64,000 nt of DNA from Verrucomicrobiaceae bacterium (GTDB taxonomy: Bacteria > Verrucomicrobiota > Verrucomicrobiia > Verrucomicrobiales > Akkermansiaceae): assembly GCA_051252135.1 (NCBI GenBank), contig JBPOGH010000016.1, positions 1-64,000 on the forward strand, given 5' to 3'. The translations under genes and the position numbers were made by a program. Positions 9,522-19,227 of this stretch are shown piece after piece. The notes beneath the pieces were generated by a model, which saw only the letters and a program-made list of their open reading frames with translations, did not search any database and was not told the origin of the DNA. Positions within the stretch are counted from its first letter, which is position 1, and every line of letters begins with the position of its first letter.

Positions 9522-10525
9522 GCTGCTACATCATCGCCGAGATCTCAGCCAACCACAACGGCTCGCTCGACAACGCCCTCGACATCGTCCGCCTCGCCGC
9601 CGAAGCCGGAGCCGACGCCGTCAAAATCCAGACCTACACCGCGGACACGATGACCCTCGATTCCGACGCCGACCCCTTCATCGTCAAGGGCGGCACTCTC
9701 TGGGACGGGCAAAAACTCTACGACCTCTACGCCCAGGCCCACACCCCCTGGGACTGGCACCAGGCCATTTTCGATAAGGCAAAAGAACACGGCCTCGACT
9801 GCTTCTCCACTCCCTTCGATGCCACCGCCGTCGACTTCCTCGAGCAGTTCGACCCACCCTATCACAAGGTCGCTTCCTTCGAGCTCACCGACCACCCTCT
9901 CCTCCAAAAGATCGCCTCCACCGGGCGAAACGTCATCATGTCCACCGGCATGTCCACTCTCGAGGAAATCGAGGAATCAGTCGCCATCCTTCAGGACAAC
10001 GGCTGCCCCGAAATCACGCTCCTCAAGTGCACCAGCTCCTACCCCGCCCCTCCCGAGGAAGCGAACCTCTCCCGCATCGCCGACATGGCCCGACGCTTCG
10101 GCGTCCGCACCGGCCTCTCCGATCACACCATGGGCGCCACCGTCCCCATCGCCGCCGTCGCCCTCGGCGCACAGGTCATCGAAAAACACTTCTGCCGCTC
10201 CCGCAACGAGCCCGGACCCGATAGCGCCTTCTCCATGGAGCCGCAGGAGTTCCGCGAGATGGTCGACGCCATCCGCATCGCTGAAAAAGCCATCGGCACC
10301 GCCGACTACACCCTCACCGCAGCCGAGGAAAAAAGCCTCCGCTTCCGCCGCTCCCTCTTCGCTTCACAGGACATCGCCCAAGGCGAGGAGCTCACCGCTC
10401 AAAACGTCCGCGTCATCCGCCCCGGCGATGGCCTCGCCCCCAAACACCTTCCCGCCGTCCTCGGCAAGCACGCCGCCCAACCCATCCCCCGCGGCACTCC
10501 CCTCGACTGGGCCCACTTCGTCTAA
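9518..10525 (+). CDS. pseI: pseudaminic acid synthase
   Basis: IIAEISANHNG, KIQTYTADTMT, KVASFE, GLSDHT, IEKHF and a C-terminal SAF domain. Confidence 0.93.
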   Translation: MSCYIIAEISANHNGSLDNALDIVRLAAEAGADAVKIQTYTADTMTLDSDADPFIVKGGTLWDGQKLYDLYAQAHTPWDWHQAIFDKAKEHGLDCFSTPFDATAVDFLEQFDPPYHKVASFELTDHPLLQKIASTGRNVIMSTGMSTLEEIEESVAILQDNGCPEITLLKCTSSYPAPPEEANLSRIADMARRFGVRTGLSDHTMGATVPIAAVALGAQVIEKHFCRSRNEPGPDSAFSMEPQEFREMVDAIRIAEKAIGTADYTLTAAEEKSLRFRRSLFASQDIAQGEELTAQNVRVIRPGDGLAPKHLPAVLGKHAAQPIPRGTPLDWAHFV

Positions 10526-10548
10526 CAACTTTCCCCTCTTCCCAACTT

Positions 10549-11904
10549 ATGAAACGTCTCGTCGTCTGGAGCTGGTCAAATGACCCCTCAATCGTCCCCA
10601 TCACCGCGCTCCAGAAATCAGGCGAAATCGAGGTCGTCGCCTGGTTCACCCGCAAGGGCAAGAAGACCTACCGCACGAAACACTTCTCCTACAAACCCGA
10701 CATCATGCTCAAGGACCTCGTCAAACAAGAGGTTCGCAACGATGTCCAACTCGACCTCCCGCCCGAGGAACTCGCCTTCGAGTTCCAACGCTTTCAGGAC
10801 ATTTACTCGCGCGTCAATTTCTCCAAAGGCCAGGACTACTTCCAGCACCTCAATCTCTTCCACCTCTACTACCAGTTCTTCACCGCCATGCTGCGGGATC
10901 AACAAGTCGACGCCCTTGTCTACTTCACCCCCTGCCACACCGGCCCCGACTTCATCCTCTACTGCGCCGCCAAGCGCCTCGGCATCGAGATCATCGTCAC
11001 GATGCAAAGCCCCCTCCCCAACCGCTTCTTCTGCGTCAAGGACCTCAAGGACTTCGGCACCTTCGACACCTCCCCACCCCTCGGTGACCCCATCGAACTC
11101 ACCATCCCCCGCAGCCATGAAAAGGACCACTTCTACATGGCCAAGATCCCCAACAAACGAAAGTGGTTCCTCAGCCGCTTCGTCGGCGACTCCGCCTGGG
11201 CCCTCTTCGGCGGACGCCAACCTATCTCCTGGGCCGGCGTCATCCAAAAACAAGCCGGACGCTTCCGTTACTGCTCGCTTTACAAAAAACACGCCGAGCT
11301 CGAAGTCGACCTCTCCAAGAAGTTCGTCTACTTCCCCATGCAGCTCCAACCCGAGCTCACCACCTCCATTCTCGGCGTCGAATACTCCGACCAGCTCCTC
11401 GCCATGGAGCGGCTCTCCGCCATGCTTCCTGACGACTGGCACATCTACGCCAAGGAAAACCCCAAGCAAGGCTTCGCCCAGCGCGACCGCTTCTTCTTCG
11501 AGCGCCTCAAGCGCATCCCCAACTGCCACTACCTCGACACCTCCATCGGCACCTACGATCTCATGAAGAACTGCCAGTTCGTCGCCAGTGTCACCGGCAC
11601 CGCCTGCTGGGAATCCGTCTCCGGAGGCAAGCCCGCCCTCATCTTCGGAAACGTCTGGTTCAAAACTCTCCCCGGCGTCGTCTACTACCGCCCCGGTCTC
11701 ACTCTCGAGGATATCACCGGCACCACCTTCACTCACGAGGAGCTCGAAGCCGCCTACAGCGCGGTCATGAGCAAGAGCATCACCGGAATCGTCGACACCC
11801 CCTACGCCAAGATCTACCCGGACTACTCCGAAAAAGAAAACGGACGCATCCTCGCCGACTTCCTCCGCAAGGCCCTCCACCTCTCTCCGCCGAACGAGTC
11901 GTAA
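10549..11904 (+). CDS. capsule-polysaccharide-synthesis family protein (putative nonulosonate transferase)
   Basis: YFPMQLQPE, KENP and VTGTACWE motifs typical of Capsule_synth/KpsS-like proteins; follows pseI. Confidence 0.65.
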   Translation: MKRLVVWSWSNDPSIVPITALQKSGEIEVVAWFTRKGKKTYRTKHFSYKPDIMLKDLVKQEVRNDVQLDLPPEELAFEFQRFQDIYSRVNFSKGQDYFQHLNLFHLYYQFFTAMLRDQQVDALVYFTPCHTGPDFILYCAAKRLGIEIIVTMQSPLPNRFFCVKDLKDFGTFDTSPPLGDPIELTIPRSHEKDHFYMAKIPNKRKWFLSRFVGDSAWALFGGRQPISWAGVIQKQAGRFRYCSLYKKHAELEVDLSKKFVYFPMQLQPELTTSILGVEYSDQLLAMERLSAMLPDDWHIYAKENPKQGFAQRDRFFFERLKRIPNCHYLDTSIGTYDLMKNCQFVASVTGTACWESVSGGKPALIFGNVWFKTLPGVVYYRPGLTLEDITGTTFTHEELEAAYSAVMSKSITGIVDTPYAKIYPDYSEKENGRILADFLRKALHLSPPNES

Positions 11905-11906
11905 AA

Positions 11907-12554
11907 ATGGACCTCTCCTTCCTCAACTACGACGTCCACCGACTGAAGGACACCCCCTTCGCCATCATCACGGACAACTGCTGGGGCTTCCACATCTACC
12001 AAACCCTCAAACGCCCCTACAACACCCCCTTCGTCGGCCTCTACCTCTACCCCGACTGCTACCTCAGGCTTCTCGAAAACTTCGACCGCCTCTTCACCCA
12101 CGAGATCACCTTTTCAAAAGAGTCACACCACTTCGACTCCCCGCCTGCACACCCCGTCGGCAAACTTTGGGACGACATCGAAATCCACTTCCTTCACTAC
12201 GATTCCGTCGAGGAAGCGAAAGAAAAGTGGACCCGCCGCACCGAACGACTCGCCGCCGCCATCGCCGGGGGCACCCCGCTCGTCTACAAAATGTGCGACA
12301 ACTGGAAGGCCACCCCCGAACACTTCCAGCGCTTCCACCAGCTCCCCCGCGTTGCCCAAAACACCAACATCAGCTTCAACTACCAGGGCTTCCAGCACCC
12401 CAACACCCTCCACGCCATCCGTAAAGGCGAGCAACTCAACGGCCTCCGCCTGTTCCGCAAGCGCTACCAATATTTCAACTTCAGCGAGTGGATCCTCACC
12501 GGAAAAATCACCTCTCCTCCCCTCCTGCCTCGCCTCGCCTCTTATTTCCACTAA
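11907..12554 (+). CDS. DUF1919 domain protein
   Basis: IITDNCWG, YNTPFVGLY, IEIHFLHY and KWTRR. Confidence 0.85.
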   Translation: MDLSFLNYDVHRLKDTPFAIITDNCWGFHIYQTLKRPYNTPFVGLYLYPDCYLRLLENFDRLFTHEITFSKESHHFDSPPAHPVGKLWDDIEIHFLHYDSVEEAKEKWTRRTERLAAAIAGGTPLVYKMCDNWKATPEHFQRFHQLPRVAQNTNISFNYQGFQHPNTLHAIRKGEQLNGLRLFRKRYQYFNFSEWILTGKITSPPLLPRLASYFH

Positions 12555-12563
12555 CCTCCTCCC

Positions 12564-13406
12564 ATGAACCGCGAGCACCCTATCCTCAAACGTCCCACCA
12601 AGACCAAGGAGTCACCCTACTCAAAGGACGAATGGAAGCTGCTCGAATGTGAGGAAACCGGCCTCGTCTACCTCGATAATCCCGTCGAATACGAAGAGCT
12701 CGAAGACGACTACGCCTGGGAAAAGCTCTACAAAGCCGAAAAGGAAGACCGCAAGCGCCGCGAGCCCATCTTCTCCAAACTCAGCGCTGCTACCAAAAAG
12801 ATCCGCAAGGCCATCCGCAAAGTCCCCAAAATCCACTCCCTCCCCATCGAGCTCGCCAAGTCACGCTTCGGCGACCGCAAGGAAATCACCCTCCTCGATA
12901 TCGGCTGCGGCTACGGCAACTACCCCCGCTTCATCGCCGAAAAAATCACCGAAGAGACCGGCATCAAGGTCATCCCCTTCGGCATAGAAATCTCCACCGC
13001 CCTAGCCGAAGCCGCCCAGGCCACCCTCGGTGAACTCGGTGGCGGCTGCGTCCAAAGCTCCGCCGTCGATGGCATCCGCCAAATCGATGACGCCTCCCAG
13101 GACATGATCATCCTCCACTCCTTCCTCGAGCACGAAACCAACCCCCGCGACCTCCTCGAAGGCTGCCGCCAAAAAATATCCAAAGATGGACTCCTCATCA
13201 TCAAGGTCCCCAACTACGCCTGCCTCAACCGCAAGGTCCGCCAGGGCAAATGGTGCGGCTTCCGCTACCCCGATCACGTGAACTACTTCTCCCCGAACAA
13301 CCTCACCCAGATCCTCGAGCTCTCCGGCTTCAAAATCCACCGCATGAACATCTTCGACCGCTTCCCCACCAGCGACAACATGTGGGTCATCGCCGAAGGC
13401 GCCTAG
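12564..13406 (+). CDS. class I SAM-dependent methyltransferase
   Basis: LLDIGCGYG, LEHE, IKVPN and HVNYF. Confidence 0.85.
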   Translation: MNREHPILKRPTKTKESPYSKDEWKLLECEETGLVYLDNPVEYEELEDDYAWEKLYKAEKEDRKRREPIFSKLSAATKKIRKAIRKVPKIHSLPIELAKSRFGDRKEITLLDIGCGYGNYPRFIAEKITEETGIKVIPFGIEISTALAEAAQATLGELGGGCVQSSAVDGIRQIDDASQDMIILHSFLEHETNPRDLLEGCRQKISKDGLLIIKVPNYACLNRKVRQGKWCGFRYPDHVNYFSPNNLTQILELSGFKIHRMNIFDRFPTSDNMWVIAEGA

Positions 13407-13769
13407 TAATCAAAAGCCGGCCCCGCGAAGCGTTCCCCCACCTCAACATTTTGTTGGGCAAGTATTTTCAGCTCCATGTAGCGATGATACGCACCTCATC
13501 CGACGATGGTGACAATCGAACTTCTCCAGCTAGGGCTCCAGCTCCACCATCATAGCTGTAAATACTCCATCCCGAACGATCGATTGTCGGACTCACAGAA
13601 GTGGGACCAGGGCAGGAGAAATCTGGACCGCACGCGATCTGAAGGAAGGTATCTCCTGAGAGGCCGTCTCAAAAATGCCGAATGAGTGCTGCAAAGGACA
13701 AACTCGTGGGCATACGCCTTCCTCACCCTCATTCTCACTCGTCTCTGCCCTCCAGGGAAGCGGCGATGT

Positions 13770-14081
13770 TCAACGGTCGGTGAATTCGTCGAGATAGATC
13801 TGGAGGGATTTCTCTTCCTCCTTACTGATCCCCGCGAGGTCCGCCATCGTGCTGATCTGATCATGCCATTGCGGAAGGGACGCCGAGGACGGGAGCCGAT
13901 GCTCGTGACACTGGGCACAGTGGCGCGCGTAAACTCCCTGCCCCTCCTTGAGGGTGGTGAAACTCTTGCCGCTGACCTCGGCCATTTTCCGGGTCGGCTT
14001 CGGGGTGGCGATCGATTGGGAATTCTGACAGGCCACAACCAGTAAGCCTGCAAACAATAAAATAACGGCAGTTCGCAACAT
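13770..14081 (-). CDS. small monoheme cytochrome c lipoprotein
   Basis: Signal peptide with lipobox-like LVVAC, CAQCH and a distal Met. Confidence 0.75.
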   Translation of the reverse strand: MLRTAVILLFAGLLVVACQNSQSIATPKPTRKMAEVSGKSFTTLKEGQGVYARHCAQCHEHRLPSSASLPQWHDQISTMADLAGISKEEEKSLQIYLDEFTDR

Positions 14082-14132
14082 GTCCCGATGATGCGATAAA
14101 GAAACCCGATCTCCGATTGAAAAAACGAAGAA

Positions 14133-15491
14133 TCAGATTTTCTTCAACGCTCCGGTCGAGTCACCAAAGCGCTTCTCGTCCACCCCAAATTCATTGAGCA
14201 TGCGGACATAGAGATTGGAGAGCGGCACTTCATCGCGGAGGTCGACATGGCGTCCCGGGGTGAAGGCTCCGCCTCCGCCTCCGCCGACAATGACAGGAAG
14301 GTCGCTGTGACTGTGCCGATCACCATCCGCGATGCCACTTCCGTAGACGATCATGGAGTTGTGAAGGAGTGACTTGCCGTCGGTGTCCTCGGTGTCCTTC
14401 ATTTTCTGAAGGAAGTAGGCGAGTTGATTGAGGTAAAACTCGTCAATCTTTTGAATCTTATCGAGATTGTCCTGGCGACGTTTGTGATGGGACAGGTTGT
14501 GATGCCCTTCGCTCACGCCAATCTCGCGGAAGCTCCGGTTGGAGCCGTCGTGAGCGAGGAGAAAGCTGGAAACCCGCGTGGAATCCGTCTGGAAGGCGAG
14601 CACCATCATGTCCATCATCAGTCGCATGTGTTCCTGGTAATTTGCAGGATCTCCGCTGGGCGCGGAAACACCGGGATCGATCGGAGTCCCAAATGATGCG
14701 GCTTTTTCAACCCGCTTCTCTAACTCGCGGACACCGGTAAGGTATTCGTCGAGCTTGACCTGATCGTTGCGACCGAGACGACGCTGCATCGCCTTGGCGT
14801 CATCGGCGATGAAATCGAGAATCGATTTTCTGGAGGCAAGCCGATTGCGCACGCTATTGGCCCGTTCTTCAGCGGAGCCGCCGCCGAAGAGGCGCTCGAA
14901 CACCAGACGGGGATTTCCCTCGGGCGTCATGGGCTGGGTTTCGGAACGCCAGGAAAGATTGAATTGGTAAGCGCAGGAGTAGCCGGAATCACAGTTGCCC
15001 GATTTGCGGACACCATCGCAGGTGAGCTCAAGGGAGGAAAGCCGGGTGTGGTCTTCCACCGCGCGGGCCGCGATCTGGTCGACCGAAACCCCTACTTTAA
15101 TATCGGAACCGGAGGTCTTCTTGGCCCGTGCTCCGGTGAGGAAGGTGGCGTTGCTGCGGGCGTGGTCCCCTGCCCCATCGCCTCCGGCATAAGCATGCTG
15201 GTGCTTGAAGCCGCTGAAAATCTGGAACTGGTCTTTGAGACCTTCGAGGGAGGCCATGCTCTTGCCGAGCTTGTAGCCGCTGCCGGTGCCTTTGGGTTTC
15301 CAGTGCTCCAAATTCACCCCGTTCGGGATGTAGAGATAGGCCATGCGGAGCGGAGCACCCGAGGCGGTTAGGGCGACGGCTCCGGTGGTCGCACCCATGA
15401 GAGGAGCGAAGGATTCAAAGGCGGGAAGGCTCACTGCGGCTCCCAGGCCACGCAAGAATCCACGTCGGTTCAGTCCACTTGATGCGCTCAT
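14133..15491 (-). CDS. DUF1552 domain protein
   Basis: NRRGFLRG Tat-like motif, YIPNGV, CDSGYSCAY, LAFQTDSTRV and HNLSHH. Confidence 0.9.
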   Translation of the reverse strand: MSASSGLNRRGFLRGLGAAVSLPAFESFAPLMGATTGAVALTASGAPLRMAYLYIPNGVNLEHWKPKGTGSGYKLGKSMASLEGLKDQFQIFSGFKHQHAYAGGDGAGDHARSNATFLTGARAKKTSGSDIKVGVSVDQIAARAVEDHTRLSSLELTCDGVRKSGNCDSGYSCAYQFNLSWRSETQPMTPEGNPRLVFERLFGGGSAEERANSVRNRLASRKSILDFIADDAKAMQRRLGRNDQVKLDEYLTGVRELEKRVEKAASFGTPIDPGVSAPSGDPANYQEHMRLMMDMMVLAFQTDSTRVSSFLLAHDGSNRSFREIGVSEGHHNLSHHKRRQDNLDKIQKIDEFYLNQLAYFLQKMKDTEDTDGKSLLHNSMIVYGSGIADGDRHSHSDLPVIVGGGGGGAFTPGRHVDLRDEVPLSNLYVRMLNEFGVDEKRFGDSTGALKKI

Positions 15492-15570
15492 GCTGACGGA
15501 TACGCCCGATCTTGCAAAAATCACACAATTTTTTGCAGCGGTAAGAAGGCTTCCCTGTGCGCGCTTCCAT

Positions 15571-15602
15571 AAAAAAAGGCCGGACGAGTGATCGTCCGGC
15601 CT
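15571..15602 (-). terminator. intrinsic terminator after the PEP-CTERM gene
   Basis: AGGCCGGACGA-loop-TCGTCCGGCCT followed by a T run on the minus strand. Confidence 0.85.
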
Positions 15603-15624
15603 GAAGAAATTGTAGTTCAGCTGA

Positions 15625-16533
15625 TTACGAGCGCTTGCGTCTCATGAATCCCATCAGAGCGATGAGGGATAGGAGAGCCGATGAGGGCTCGGGGACGGAT
15701 ACGAGGTCCGTGTCGACCAGAAGATTATCGACCCAAAGTCCCTTGTTCTGCGCGTTGACACTAGTGTTGTGAGAAGAGAAGAAAACCAAAGAAGCCAAAT
15801 TATCGGCCCCGCTGGCGATTCCCAGGCCGGAGGCTGGGGTCTGGGTCGAACTACCACCGGTGGGTGCCGCGCTGGCACCCCATCCGGCATTATCGATCGT
15901 GATAGAGACACCAATCGACGCGGGCTGCGTGCTTGTGTTGGTACTACTGATTCCGAATGCCACGTTATCAAGAATCTTGGTTCCGGACTGGCCGGCATAG
16001 GCCCCTGCGGCAAAGGTGGTGGAATCCTCTCCAAATTCGTTGGCGAAAACTCGCCGTGTCCCTGAACCACTTCCGGAATGCCAGACGATGTGAAACACCT
16101 CGGCTCCCGAACTGCTGAGGCCGACGATGTGAGCGTATTTAAAGGCTGTGCTGTTACTGGTTCCGAAGCTGGCTACATTGAAGGAGACCGTAGTGGTTTG
16201 CCCAATGCCGAGTTCACCGGTGATCGCTGCGGGGCTGGAAAGGGTGGCCGTGAGGTAATTCCCAGCTGGAGAACCAACACTATTGAAAGTCCCGTCGGCT
16301 ACCGTGGTAATCGCATTGTTACTGCCGTTGCTTCCGGTGGTGTAGCCACGGTTTCCACCGTCACTGATGAATCCTCCGGTGGCATCAACCGTTCCGGCAG
16401 CAGGAGTGCCAATCGCACCACCGCTACCCAGCTCTCCGGCAGTTCCATTGGCAAAATCGTGGTCCAAGACAACAACCGCCTGAGTTCCTTGAATTGCTAA
16501 AAAGGGAAGTAAAACGTAGCGTAGCTTCATCAT
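15625..16533 (-). CDS. PEP-CTERM sorting domain protein
   Basis: Signal peptide, G/S/T-rich body, C-terminal VPEPSS plus TM helix and RRKR. Confidence 0.9.
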   Translation of the reverse strand: MMKLRYVLLPFLAIQGTQAVVVLDHDFANGTAGELGSGGAIGTPAAGTVDATGGFISDGGNRGYTTGSNGSNNAITTVADGTFNSVGSPAGNYLTATLSSPAAITGELGIGQTTTVSFNVASFGTSNSTAFKYAHIVGLSSSGAEVFHIVWHSGSGSGTRRVFANEFGEDSTTFAAGAYAGQSGTKILDNVAFGISSTNTSTQPASIGVSITIDNAGWGASAAPTGGSSTQTPASGLGIASGADNLASLVFFSSHNTSVNAQNKGLWVDNLLVDTDLVSVPEPSSALLSLIALMGFMRRKRS

Positions 16534-16666
16534 GGAAAGCTTTCTGAAACAAAAACTTTTCGATGACCAGCACCTTTTTGGACACACTCAACTTACTAGG
16601 ATTCTTATCCGCTGTTTGTCAGACAGATAAAGCGCAATTTGACCCCTCTTTCACCCTTCGTCGCCC

Positions 16667-18988
16667 CTACTCCGCCCCCCGCCGCTTTTGAAACGGCGCA
16701 GACCCGGTAACCGCGATGACCAGTTCTTTGAGACTGCCATTGTTTTCGTGGAGGGTTTTTACGAGGGAGTCGATGGTCGGCGAATCATAGTATTCCATCC
16801 CGCGACCAATCGCGTAGGTCATGAGTTTTTCACTGATGCAGCGGTAAAAGTCGTCACGTCGTTTATCGGCGAGGATGGTTTTGAGGCTGGCGACGTCGCT
16901 GAATGTCTCGCCGGTGACCAGTTGGCCGGCACTATCGACCGGGATGCCGTTTTCTTCCCTTCGAAATTGGCCGATGGCGTTGAAGTTCTCCAGCCCGAGG
17001 CCGATGGGGTCCATCCGGGCATGACACCCGGCACAGATCGGCTTCTGCCGGTGGATCTCCATCATTTCGCGCATCGAGAGTGGCTTGTCGCTTTTGTGGG
17101 CAATCTCTTCGAGCTCCGGAACATTGGGAGGGGCGGGCGGCGCGGGAGTCCCCAGGATTTGGTCGAGAACGAAGAGGCCCCGCTTCACGGGCGAGGTGCG
17201 GGTGGGGTTGGAGCTAACGATCAGGAAGGATCCCTGGGTGAGGATGCCTCCGCGCTCGGGATTTTCGGTGAGATCGACGAGACGATGCTCGCTGCCCTTG
17301 ACGCCATTGACTTTGTAGAAATTGGCCAGGCGTTCGTTGAGAAAGCTGTAGCGGGCCGAGATAAGCTCTTCGGCGGGGCGGTTGTTCATCAGGATGAATT
17401 TGAAGAACATTTCCGTTTCTTTGCGCATGTCCTGCCGGACCTGATAATTAAAGATGCTGTTGGCCTTACGCCGGTCACGGGTGCCAATGATTCGCCAGGA
17501 GTCGATGGGCGCGTGCTCAACATCTCGCGTCTGAAGCCACTGGCCCACAAAGTTTTCGGTGAAGCGCTCCGCCTTGGGGTCTTCCAGCATGCGCTTGACC
17601 TGGGCGCGGAGTTCTTTGCGGAGGGTTTTCTTGTAGGCAAGACTGAGAAGCTCGTCATCCGGTACGGAACTCCAGAGGAAGAAGGAAAGACGGGAGGCCA
17701 AAGCGTATTCGTCGAGGTCCACAATCTTGCCGGGGTCATTGGGGTCGGGTTGAATCTCGGCGCGGAAGAGAAAGCGGGGCGAGGCCAGAACCGCGGTCAT
17801 GGCGTGCTTGATCCCGTCTTCAAAGGTGCGACCGGGTTGACGATCCACCTCAAGAACGATCTTAACGAGCTTGCCAACGGTGACGCCATCGAGCGGGCGG
17901 CGGTAGGCCCTGCTCACAAAACTACGCATGATCTTGCGGGCGTAGAGCTCCCTCTCGCGAATGTCCTTGGGTGCGGGGCCGTCCACCATGATCATGCGGT
18001 AGCCTTTGGGGTATTCCTTGAGACTGCCATCGACGGGACCGTTCAGGGTGACTTTTTGCAGCTGGAAGAATTGCTCCTCTTGATCCGCTCCGGCGGGATC
18101 GCGGGGGATGAACCGGACTTCGATCCGGTTATCACCATCGGCCATCTGGGCCTTTCCGTTGAGTTCAATGGTCTCGGCCTGATCCCACCCGGCGGTTTGC
18201 TCGGCAATTTTGCGATCACCAACCCAAAGCTCAATCTGGGCGGTTTGATCGGTCGCGGCTTCCGCTCCCCGGACGGCGTAGTTCAGAGTAATCTCATAGG
18301 GACCCTTGGCGGGAGCCTCGGCGATCAGGTGGACGCTGCGGGGTTTGGCGAAGGCGCTCCAATCCGCGCGCTTCACTTCATCCTTTCCGGCGCGAAAAAG
18401 ATTGCCGTCAAACTCCCGTCTGGGAACAGAAGAGGTCGCGTTTTTTGGCAGGGCTTTTTCGACGATGTCGGCAGCGGCATCGAGATACTTCTCCATCAGA
18501 AGGGGGGAAATGGTAAGGACGCTGCCAATGGTATCGAACCCATAGCCGGTATCATCAGCGGGGAAATTCTCCCAGGTATCATAGCGAACCCCAAGAAGAT
18601 CATCGATGGCATAGTGGTATTCCTGCCGGTTCAGGCGGCGGATGGTGACCCGGCCGGGGTCGGGGTTATTCGGGTCGACTTTGAAGACTTCTTGTTCGAT
18701 CCATCTCAGAACGGTCTTCTTTTCTTCAGCGGTGAACTGGTCCTTCTCCGAGGGAGGCATAATCTGGGAGCGGATGTTGCGCCATACCGGGAGCCAATGG
18801 CTGACATCACTCAAATGGGCCGAAAGGTCATCAAAGTCCTCCATCGAAAAGTCCCCTTTGGACGATCCATCGGCATGGCAATCATGGCAGAAGTCTTCGA
18901 GCAGGGGCTCGACATCTTTTTCAAAGGAGATCTTGGTTTCACCCAAAAGGAATCCTGCTGAGAGAAATAGCCACGCCAAATGCTTCAT
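16667..18988 (-). CDS. DUF1592/DUF1588 (PSD/PSCyt) domain cytochrome c protein
   Basis: CHDCH and CAGCH, RRLNRQEY, LASRLSFFLWSS, FVGQWL and TSPVKRG. Confidence 0.9.
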   Translation of the reverse strand: MKHLAWLFLSAGFLLGETKISFEKDVEPLLEDFCHDCHADGSSKGDFSMEDFDDLSAHLSDVSHWLPVWRNIRSQIMPPSEKDQFTAEEKKTVLRWIEQEVFKVDPNNPDPGRVTIRRLNRQEYHYAIDDLLGVRYDTWENFPADDTGYGFDTIGSVLTISPLLMEKYLDAAADIVEKALPKNATSSVPRREFDGNLFRAGKDEVKRADWSAFAKPRSVHLIAEAPAKGPYEITLNYAVRGAEAATDQTAQIELWVGDRKIAEQTAGWDQAETIELNGKAQMADGDNRIEVRFIPRDPAGADQEEQFFQLQKVTLNGPVDGSLKEYPKGYRMIMVDGPAPKDIRERELYARKIMRSFVSRAYRRPLDGVTVGKLVKIVLEVDRQPGRTFEDGIKHAMTAVLASPRFLFRAEIQPDPNDPGKIVDLDEYALASRLSFFLWSSVPDDELLSLAYKKTLRKELRAQVKRMLEDPKAERFTENFVGQWLQTRDVEHAPIDSWRIIGTRDRRKANSIFNYQVRQDMRKETEMFFKFILMNNRPAEELISARYSFLNERLANFYKVNGVKGSEHRLVDLTENPERGGILTQGSFLIVSSNPTRTSPVKRGLFVLDQILGTPAPPAPPNVPELEEIAHKSDKPLSMREMMEIHRQKPICAGCHARMDPIGLGLENFNAIGQFRREENGIPVDSAGQLVTGETFSDVASLKTILADKRRDDFYRCISEKLMTYAIGRGMEYYDSPTIDSLVKTLHENNGSLKELVIAVTGSAPFQKRRGAE

Positions 18989-19227
18989 TGGGGGATTGAT
19001 ACGGCATGAATCGATGCTTTCTAGTGCCTATTTATGAAAATAATCGGGTTTCCGCCTCACTCTTTTGGGGGAAGCGGAGTCCCCGCAAGAGAAGGGCTGT
19101 CCGGTGCGGGTGCACCCTGCACTTGGGGGCCGAGTTTTGTCCCCTTCGCTGTCAAAAAGTGATCTCTTACGTCTCCTTCCATCTCAAGCGTCGGCATTCC
19201 GAAACCTCTCCCGTTCCATCGGTCCCC

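Noticed and set aside
13659..13675. AGAGGCCGTCTCAAAAA as an IS terminal repeat
   Set aside because: Resembles some IS ends from memory, but no transposase or matching second end was found.
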